Assembly: GCA_964016885.1 (NCBI GenBank)
Contig: OZ024747.1
Span: 53,692,001-53,756,000, forward strand
Origin: Eledone cirrhosa
Lineage: Eukaryota
DNA length: 64,000 nt
Direction: 5' to 3'
Part shown: positions 53,868 through 64,000 of the stretch, one piece after another
Position numbering within the stretch: position 1 is the first letter of the stretch
How the letters are laid out: every line of letters begins with the position of its first letter
Translations under genes and position numbers: made by a program
Notes under the pieces: model-generated
Told to the model about the DNA's origin: nothing
Database searches by the model: none
Seen by the model: the letters and a program-made list of their open reading frames with translations, nothing else

Positions 53868-54362
53868 TATATTGACATACATACATATATTCATCTATTA
53901 AAATATATATTCATATACATATTATATTATACATATTAACGCCCATACATTTACTTACATATACCTCTCTACTTTTCCATTCCTCCATCTACTTACGTAT
54001 GTATTATAAAGTAAAGTTCTTAATTCTTACTTTAGGATATCGGTTACTACACATCAAACAGCAGTACATATCTTTTCAATTTTAAACCTTAATATTCTAT
54101 TTATGGCCAAAAATTAGATGTTTAAAGTACATATGTTTTCAATGTATTCCAACATCTATAATCTCCAGCATTCATGATGCTATATGTAGCCTTGTAAAAC
54201 AAAATTTTGTCAGCAGTAAATACTCTGTGATTAGAGAGCATTTGTAATGGACGAAGATGTATGTATGCATTATATATATATATATATATATATATCTGTT
54301 ATTCTTGTCACATTTGAAATAAATCCATATTCATTTCATTGAAGTCTCACTTTTCTTTCTTA

Positions 54363-54402
<40 letters not shown>

Positions 54403-54725
54403 TATATATACAGATGCATATATATATACATATGCATATCTATATATATATATGTATGCATATATATATATATAAATACATATATGCATATATATATATA
54501 AATATATATACATATACATATATATCATCATCATCATTTTACGTATATATAAATATAAATATACATGTGTGTATAAATATATATATATATATATGTATAT
54601 ATGTGTGTGTATATATATATATGTATATATGTGTGTATATATATATATATATGTATATATGTGTGTATATATATAAATATATATATGTGTGTATATATAT
54701 AAATATATATGTGTATATATATGTG

Positions 54726-54775
<50 letters not shown>

Positions 54776-54849
54776 TATATATACATATATATATATGCAT
54801 TCATATGTACATATATGCTAATATATATGTATACATATGCATATATACA

Positions 54850-54899
<50 letters not shown>

Positions 54900-55529
54900 A
54901 CTCAGATTGAACATATTATTGTAAACAGTAATTTGTGATATAAAAACAAAGGATAACAAAAAACAAAACTACAACAATAGAAGAAACAAATCTCTACAAT
55001 GATTTGAACCCTGAATTTAGAATTCGTTGGACATTCTATGGTACCAATTAGAGTTCACTAAATTTGTATTTGGCTCTCCTTCTCAAATTATCTCTAAATA
55101 CCTACATTGTTTTTACTCTAATTTTAGCCTCCGTCTTGCCAACCTCTATCCCACTTTTATTGGTAATTGATGAGTGAGGTAACCCACGTGAAGTCAATAC
55201 TAATATCAAATTGAATGGACCTCAGTCACTTTCGACAATAACTGTTTCTATTGATCTGTCAATATAATAGCCTGCTTGTGATATTAATATGAACATTATC
55301 TGAGAATTCAAATATGACATGTACCTTTAATCTACTGCTCAGGGAGATTCATCATGACACATTACATGATCAGGACCATATTATTCCTAAGTCTGGCTAA
55401 GCTGAAGTCTAGGGGTTCTGCTTGAACTAAGGGCAGATCCATTTCACTTTTTTTTCCTGCTGTAGTGGTGTGAAAGATTGAAGTGCCAGAGATCTAAAAT
55501 ACTCGAAAGCTTTTGGGCCTAGCTATGGA

Positions 55530-56020
55530 TTAATAGCTTTGTTTGGATGGCTGGCCCCTTGAATTACAAGTACAGTCCATTAAACATACCGCTTGTCCCC
55601 CATGTAAGGTGCTCATGCTGGGGACACAACAGAAGGCACCCAATCCATCCTGTAAAGGGCTTATGTTGGTGGCACAACACAAGATATCCAGTCTGCCCTG
55701 TGGAGTGGTTAAGTTGGTGACATGTTGGTGACATGACAAAAAGTGCCCAGTCGATACTATAAAGTGGTTATGGTGGCATTAGGACAAGAGTCGCCCAGTC
55801 TGCACTGTAAAGTGGTTATTTTGGTGCCACAATAAAAAACACTCAGTACACACTGTAAATGTGGTTGGTGTTAGGAAGAGCATCCAGTCATAGAAACCAA
55901 GCCAGAAACAGTTCTGTATGAGCAAAACACAGTCATCTGATCTGACTTGTCTGACAATGAGAGAACTCATCTAACCCATGCTAGCATGGAAATTGGAAAT
56001 TAAATGGTGATGATGATGAT
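55530..56020 (+). mobile_element. Old RTE 3' UTR/SINE tail with several degenerate ~46-bp subrepeats
   Basis: Repeated ...cccagt..actgtaaagtgg..tggtgcc units, then ggtgttaggaagagcatccag...cccatgctagcatggaaa...(tga)n. Confidence 0.75.
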
Positions 56021-56034
56021 ATGTATATATATAT

Positions 56035-56215
56035 AATTGTTTCTACTTTTTGGAACAAGGCCAGCAATTACTCAGTGCATTACTGGTACTTTATTTTATC
56101 GACCCCGTAAGGATGAGAGGCAAAGTTAACCTCGGCGGGATTTGAACTCAGACCGTAAAGGGATGTAACTCTATGCTGGAAAGCATGTCCAACCCTCTAC
56201 CGATACTGCCAATTC
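56035..56215 (-). mobile_element. tRNA-SINE copy (Meta-like family)
   Basis: Full A/B boxes, core and tail. Confidence 0.85.
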
Positions 56216-56324
56216 ATAGTTTTTAAATACTTATGTATGTAAATTAAGGTGATGCCCTAGTATAGCCACAAGACACAAACTAGAATAGATAAAAGAGAGT
56301 AAAAGAATTATATGATTGCGTGAA

Positions 56325-56367
<43 letters not shown>

Positions 56368-56651
56368 CAGCAGAGACAATAATATATATGCACTATCTAT
56401 ATATATATATAAACTAAATAGTAAATATATTTCTCTGGACATAAACTCATGTTTCTAGTTACCATTAATGCAAGTAAAATAACTTATATGAATCTGTTAC
56501 CAGCAGGATGTAGAAAATGGAAGGAACCCATCACAGAAAATTACCACCGAGATGCCGACCTGTGATATAAATATATAGAAACTAATGCCAGAAAGTGATT
56601 CCATTTTCTAATGAGCCACTTTTATATTCCATTATACTATGATTCATGAGG

Positions 56652-56838
56652 CTGGTGGATTGGCAGTATTGGTGCAGCATCAGACAACATGCTTTGTGGA
56701 ATAAAGTTATGGTCCTTTGAGTTCTGATTTCAAATCCTGCCAAAATTAGCACGGCCTTTCATCCTTATGGAGTCGATAAAATAAAGTACCAGCAATTGAC
56801 TTTCTCCTCCCCACAAAATTGTTGGGCTTGTGCCTAAA
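56652..56838 (+). mobile_element. tRNA-SINE copy (Meta-like family, diverged)
   Basis: ggtggattggcagtattgg...ttcaaatcc...cctttcatccttatggagtcgataaaataaagtaccag. Confidence 0.78.
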
Positions 56839-57002
56839 TCACACTCCATTATATTATGACTCATCATCTTCATCATCATTTTACATCTGCTTTTCACAAT
56901 GGCATGGGTTTGACAAGTTGTCATGGCCCAACACCAGATAGTTTGCAGCAACCTCATTATGCTTATAACTTCCATATTTGATAATTATTTCTATGGTGTT
57001 GA

Positions 57003-57043
<41 letters not shown>

Positions 57044-57241
57044 AATACGGAAATACTTAACACACGCACACACATATATAATCATCATTATCATCATCAA
57101 CGTTTTATATTTATGTTCCATACTTTCATGGCTGGAGGCTAGAGACACAGATGAGATGAGTGTCATGCTCATATGTTACATTTTGGCATTGATTCTACAG
57201 ATTGATGCCCTTCCTAATAACAACTGCCTTATAGCTAAATC

Positions 57242-60200
57242 TAGTTTCTATGGCACCTACACTACCACTAACAAAGTGCACTAAATGTAGTTTCTATGGC
57301 ACCAACACCACCACTTAACAAAGTGTACTAAATGTAGTTTCTATGGCACCTACACTACCACTAACAAAGTGTACTAAATGTAGTTTCTATGGCACCTACA
57401 CTACCACTAACAAAGTGTACTAAATGTAGTTTCTATGACACCTACACTTCCACTAACAAAGTGTACTAAATGTAGTTTCTATGGCACCTACACTACCACT
57501 AACAAAGTGTACTAAATGTAGTTTCTATAACACCAACACTACCACTAACAAAGTGTACTAAATGTAGTTTCTATGACACCTACACTACCACTAACAAAGT
57601 GTACTAAATGTAGTTTCTATGACACCTACACTACCACTAACAAAGTGTACTAAATGTAATTTCTATGACACCAACACCACCACTAACAAAGTGTACTAAA
57701 TGTAATTTCTATGGCACCTACACTACCACTAACAAAGTGTACTAAATGCAATTTCTATGGCACCTACCCTACCACTAACAAAGTGTACTAAATGTAGTTT
57801 CTATGACACCTACACTACCACTAACAAAGTGTACTAAATGTAGTTTCTATGGCACCTACCCTACCACTAACAAAGTGTACTAAATGTAATTTCTATGGCA
57901 CCTACCCTACCACTAACAAAGTGTACTAAATGTAGTTTCTATGGCACCTACACTACCACTAACAAAGTGTACTAAATGTAGTTTCTATGACACCTACACT
58001 ACCACTAACAAAGTGTACTAAATGTAATTTCTATGGCACCTACCCTACCACTAACAAAGTGTACTAAATGTAGTTTCTATGGCACCTACACTACCACTAA
58101 CAAAGTGTACTAAATGTAGTTTCTAATTCACCTACACTACCACTAACAAAGTGTACTAAATGTAGTTTCTAGGGCACCTACACTACCACTAACAAAGTGT
58201 ACTAAATGTAGTTTCTATGGCACCTACACTACCACTAACAAAGTGTACTAAATGTAGTTTCTATGATACCAACACTACCACTTAACAAAGTGTACTAAAT
58301 GTAATATCTATGGCACCTACACTACCACTAACAAAGTGTACTAAATGTAGTTTCTAGGGCACCTACACTACCACTAACAAAGTGTACTAAATGTAGTTTC
58401 TATGGCACCTACACTACCACTAACAAAGTGTACTAAATGTAGTTTCTATGATACCAACACTACCACTTAACAAAGTGTACTAAATGTAATATCTATGGCA
58501 CCTACACTACCACTAACAAAGTGCACTAAATGTAGTTTCTAGGGCACCTACACTACCACTAACAAAGTGTACTAAATGAAGTTTCTAGGGCACCTACACT
58601 ACCACTAACAAAGTGTACTAAATGTAGTTTCTATGGCACCTACACTACCACTAACAAAGTGTACTAAATGTAGTTTCTAATGCACCAACACTTCCACTAA
58701 CAAAGTGTACTAAATGTAGTTTCTAATGCACCAACACTTCCACTAACAAAGTGTACTAAATGTAGTTTCTAATGCACCAACACTTCCACTAACAAAGTGT
58801 ACTAAATGTAGTTTCTAGTGCACCTACCCTACCACTAACAAAGTGTACTAAATGTAGTTTCTAATTCACCTACACTACCACTAACAAAGTGTACTAAATG
58901 TAATTTCTCTGACACCAACACTACCACTAACAAAGTGTACTAAATGTAGTTTCTATGGCACCTACACTACCACTAACAAAGTGTACTAAATGTAATTTCT
59001 ATGACACCAACACTACCACTAACAAAGTGTACTAAATGTAGTTTCTATGGCACCTACACTACCACTAACAAAGTGTACTAAATGTAATTTCTATGACACC
59101 AACACTACCACTAACAAAGTGTACTAAATGTAGTTTCTATGACACCAACACCAACACTAACAAAGTGTACTAAATGTAGTTTCTATGACACCTACACTAC
59201 CACTAACAAAGTGTACTAAATGTAGTTTCTATGGCACCTACCCTACCATTAACAAAGTGTACTAAATATAGTTTCTATGGCACCTACCCTACCACTAACA
59301 AAGTGTACTAAATGTAGTTTCTCTGGCAACTACACTACCACTAACAAAGTGTACTAAATGTAGTTTCTATGACACCTACACTACCACTAACAAAGTGTAC
59401 TAAATGTAGTTTCTATGGCACCTACACTACCACTAACAAAGTGTACTAAATGTAGTTTCTATGATACCAACACTACCACTTAACAAAGTGTACTAAATGT
59501 AATATCTATGGCACCTACACTACCACTAACAAAGTGCACTAAATGTAGTTTCTAGGGCACCTACACTACCACTAACAAAGTGTACTAAATGTAGTTTCTA
59601 GGGCACCTACACTACCACTAACAAAGTGTACTAAATGTAGTTTCTATGGCACCTACACTACCACTAACAAAGTGTACTAAATGTAGTTTCTAATGCACCA
59701 ACACTTCCACTAACAAAGTGTACTAAATGTAGTTTCTAATGCACCAACACTTCCACTAACAAAGTGTACTAAATGTAGTTTCTAATGCACCAACACTTCC
59801 ACTAACAAAGTGTACTAAATGTAGTTTCTATGGCACCTACCCTACCACTAACAAAGTGTACTAAATGTAATTTCTCTGACACCAACACTACCACTAACAA
59901 AGTGTACTAAATGTAGTTTCTATGGCACCTACACTACCACTAACAAAGTGTACTAAATGTAGTTTCTATGGCACCAACACTACCACTAACAAAGTGTACT
60001 AAATGTAATTTCTATGGCACCTACCCTACCACTAACAAAGTGTACTAAATGTAGTTTCTATGGCACCTACCCTACCACTAACAAAGTGTACTAAATGTAA
60101 TTTCTATGACACCAACACTACCACTAACAAAATGTACTAAATGTAGTTTCTATGGCACCTACACTTCCACTCACAAAGTGTACTAAATGTAGTTTCTATG

Positions 60201-60780
60201 ACACCTACCCTACCACTAACAAAGTGTACTAAATGTAGTTTCTATGATACCAACACTACCACTTAACAAAGTGTACTAAATGTAGTTTCTAATTCACCTA
60301 CACTACCACTAACAAAGTGTACTAAATGTAGTTTCTATGGCACCTACCCTAACACTAACAAAGTGTACTAAATGTAGTTTCTATGGCACCTACCCTACCA
60401 CTAACAAAGTGTACTAAATGTAGTTTCTATGGCACCTACACTACCACTCACAAAGTGTACTAAATGTAGTTTCTATGGCACCAACACTACCACTAACAAA
60501 GTGTACTAAATGTAATTTCTATGACACCAACACTACCACTAACAAAGTGTACTAAATGTAGTTTCTATGGCACCTACCCTACCACTAACAAAGTGTACTA
60601 AATGTAGTTTCTATGGCACCTACCCTACCACTAACAAAGTGTACTAAATGTAATTTCTATGACACCAACACTACCACTAACAAAGTGTACTAAATGTAGT
60701 TTCTATGGCACCAACACCACCACTAACAAAGTGTACTAAATGTAGTTTCTATGACACCAACACCACCACTTAACAATGTG
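57242..60780. repeat. 46-bp tandem satellite, about 77 copies
   Basis: Unit tagtttctatggcacctacactaccactaacaaagtgtactaaatg; no unique spacers. Confidence 0.97.
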
Positions 60781-61162
60781 GACTGGATAATCTAGAAATG
60801 AATTCATTTCATTTTCATTTTTATTGACTCCTTTGATATAGTGTTCTTTGTTGTTTTCATTAATACATCTTTATGTTGGTGTCTTCACAGAGAAAATATG
60901 TCACAGAGATCCATTGAAAGAATAAATACTTCTCTTGTCCTTCACCAATACCTTGTCTGACATCTTTACATCATCATGTCATTTTTTTGTCCTCTCTCAC
61001 TCCCATCACCATATTTCTTTATGTCTGGGAATTAAAACTCTCTCTACTTCTGTGTCTGTATGTATATATGTTTGTATGTATGTATGTCTTTGTCTGTATA
61101 TTTGGGTATGATTTTCTGTTCCAGAATATTTATTTTTCATATTGTGTATGTATTCATCCATC

Positions 61163-61209
<47 letters not shown>

Positions 61210-61311
61210 GTCAACACACAAACATATACAAATATATATATATATATATGTCAACACACAAACAGATACAAATATATATATATATATATATCTGTAAGTC
61301 AACACACAAAC

Positions 61312-61353
<42 letters not shown>

Positions 61354-62224
61354 AAGTCCACACATACACACAAATATACATATATAAATCCTATATTTTT
61401 CTTTTTTTGCTGTTTCCAGCCAGCTAATTAAAGCTGATGCTATTCATCTTTATCTCTATCATGAAGAATTGGTTTCTGTATATCAGAAGAGGGAGGTTAT
61501 GATGTTTTTAGAACCGATTCTTAAGAAGAGACTGGCACAATTTCTCTATATTCATGATGTCATCCTTAGAACAATCTCTATTTATTATTTAAAGTATAGC
61601 AAAAAAAAAAAAAAGAAAAAAAAAAAGAACAGCAATAACTGAAACCATAACAATAATAACAACAACAACAGCTGCACTGCTTACAACAACAACAATAAGC
61701 AATAGGAAGTTTTGGTCTGAATGATGTCTGGTTACATTCTTGAAGTAAAGCAGAAAGAAGCAAGGAATTTATTGGTGGTGTGTATGTTGATTCTTTGGTA
61801 TACCCCCCCCCCCCTACCTGCCACCATTCCATTTTTGGGGGGTTATTTTTAAATATTTTTTTTTATTTATATATTTCTTTGCCTGCGTTGTCGTCGCTAG
61901 GACAAACAAGCTTGCTGCCTTCAGGGTAAAATATGTATTGCTTGCTGACTCACGGAATGCTTATTTCATGACTATTTTTTGCTTTGTTTTTGTCTGTCAG
62001 TTTGTTTGTTTGTTTGTTTCTTTGTTCTTTTTGTGGAATGGTCAGATGTTATAGAAGACTGCCTGCTATGTGAAAGTAAGTAAATGTATAAATAAATAAA
62101 GGGAGGTGTGAAATAGATAAATAGAGAGAGAGAGAGGGAGAGTGTGACAGAGTTGGATGAGAGTTACTCACCTGCATATACATGGTCACATATTTAAATA
62201 CAGATATATGCATGTCTCAGTACA

Positions 62225-62417
62225 GTCATCTGTCTGTCTGTCTGTCTGTCCATTTTTCTACCCATCCATATCTATCTATTTGTCTCTCTCTGAGTATCTA
62301 TCTCTGTTTTTGTATCAATCTGTCTATCTTTGGATCAGCTTTGTCTGTCTGTCCATCTATCTACCCACCCATATCTCTCTATCTATCTATCTATCTATCT
62401 CTCTCTCTATCTCTCTC

Positions 62418-62476
<59 letters not shown>

Positions 62477-62700
62477 CTATCTATCTCTATCTATTTATCT
62501 ATCTATCTCTAACTGTAGTAATCTATCTATCTATCTACATTTCAATCTGCTTGTCTGTCTGTCTATGTATTAACCCTCCCATCTGTACATCATGTCAGTC
62601 AGCCATTTTTCTAATAATGTATGTATCCCTCCATCTGTCTATACACCCATCTTTCTATCCATCCTTCCATCTTTATCTATCTGTACATCCATCCATCCAT
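62225..62700. repeat. (TCTA)/(TCTG)/(TCCA) tetranucleotide microsatellite
   Basis: Direct reading. Confidence 0.9.
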
Positions 62701-62823
62701 ATTACTAAATATCTCACATACCATTCCATTATTTTTGCCATTCTATATCATTCATCAAATATAGATCAAATTCTATCTGCTGCTGGTAACATGTAATCTA
62801 TGTTACAGTCTTATTCTTGGTGA

Positions 62824-63293
62824 TTAACCCTATCGTTACCATATTTCTAATGACAGACACTGCCAAGGATTTTCAAATAATTTTAATGCTAATCAAGAAT
62901 TTTAAAATGTTGAGTAATATAACTAACATTCTCATTATTAAGTTAGTATAAGGGTGGTAGAGCGTCTGACAACATGCTTTGCAGCATGGCGTTACGGCTT
63001 TACAGTCTGAGTTCAAACCCCGCTGAAGATAGCTTTGCCTTTCATCCTTATGGGCTTGATAAAATAAAGCACCAGTAATGCACTGGGGTCGATTTGATCA
63101 ACTTTCCCCTCTCTCAAAATTGTTGGCCTCGTCCCTAAATCAGAAAGCATTATTAAGCCAGTTTTTTTAACATAAAGCTTTTTACACAAGATTATGATGG
63201 AAGGGATTTAAATAAATATAAAACACGGTAAAACAAACAATTGTATCATAGAAACAGAGGTGGTTTCAGGAAGTTTGATATCAAAAGGGTTAA
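62824..63293. mobile_element. piggyBac-type MITE with a nested tRNA-SINE (+, ~62950-63155)
   Basis: TTAA|ccctatcgttacc...gatatcaaaaggg|TTAA with imperfect TIRs; SINE core inside. Confidence 0.58.
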
Positions 63294-64000
63294 ACTGAGA
63301 ACTTAACCCAATTTTCTTGGTGAGAAGGGGCTGTTGAGCCCCCAGCAGTGTAAGAAATAAAGCCTGTCAAAGAGAACAAAAAATCTCAAAGGGAAGCCAC
63401 CAGCCAACCACAAATGCTGAAGGGATAAGTAACACCAGATTATCTCCCTATGAAAAAGACGGATAGAACCTGGCCAAATCATTAAAGAATTTGGTTCACA
63501 ATCATTAAGTTCTGGGTTTGATATGACTGCATAGTGTCTTGTAATTTGGTAGACAGAAACTGTTTGGAAGCCTGTCAGTTGAGCTGTATTTGTAACTCGT
63601 AGATTAACCTTGTCACTCACTATGTAATCCTAAATTTCCCAGAGAATATTATTGTTAAGAGTAGTATTCCACATGTCTGTGGAATACTATGCAACTTATG
63701 CTATGATAGAAGATAGACTGTAACTATAATTGAAATGGATAGTCTTGTCACATGGTGCATCATAGTAGATCTTGTGAATTACATTAAGTGTGCATTTATC
63801 TGTGGAATACTCAGCCATTTGCAACTTAATTTCCCAAATAAACCATGCCATTGATTGAACAGCTATGACACTCAATGTATCGACATTGATAGAGGACCAT
63901 TCTATTCTTATAGAATCATTGTACGATAACACCGTAAAGCTAGGTTGTGTCTTTCTCTGAAATTATGGACTTCCTAGGCTATGGAATATTAAATGATTGA

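Noticed and set aside
57242-60780. CRISPR-like appearance of the 46-bp array
   Set aside because: Units are contiguous with only point variants; no unique spacers, no cas genes, eukaryotic context
61420-62085. Possible host exons (minus DCSKDDIMNIEKLCQSLLKNRF*; plus-strand GTAAGT donor near 62076)
   Set aside because: No recognisable protein or consistent exon chain; needs RNA-seq

Overview
AT-rich, repeat-saturated animal genomic DNA with no identifiable host protein-coding gene. The SINE/LINE families and very high (TA)n/(CA)n load suggest an octopus/cephalopod (inference). Contents: the 3' part of an apparently intact RTE-clade LINE whose RT carries an inserted C4HC3 (PHD-type) finger, three further RTE remnants, a tRNA-SINE sharing the RTE 3' tail, a second abundant tRNA-SINE, mariner/piggyBac/Helitron-like non-autonomous elements and several large mini/microsatellites. 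Most of the long ORFs in the track are simple-repeat artefacts. Most interesting signals: (1) about ten short, mostly fold-back inserts, most of them in (TA)n tracts, that carry type I hammerhead ribozyme motifs (one complete core at 18057-18106, minus) and share a YYGAGTDC motif 35-47 nt from their 3' ends, resembling Penelope-like pLTR/retrozyme ends; (2) a CpG-rich island at ~30.1-31.4 kb with a CRE-like retroelement C-terminus and several 24-28 nt GT-AG candidate micro-introns, possibly of foreign origin; (3) a 3.5-kb 46-bp satellite that grew out of the RTE/SINE tail. Coordinates and folds were read by eye and are approximate.
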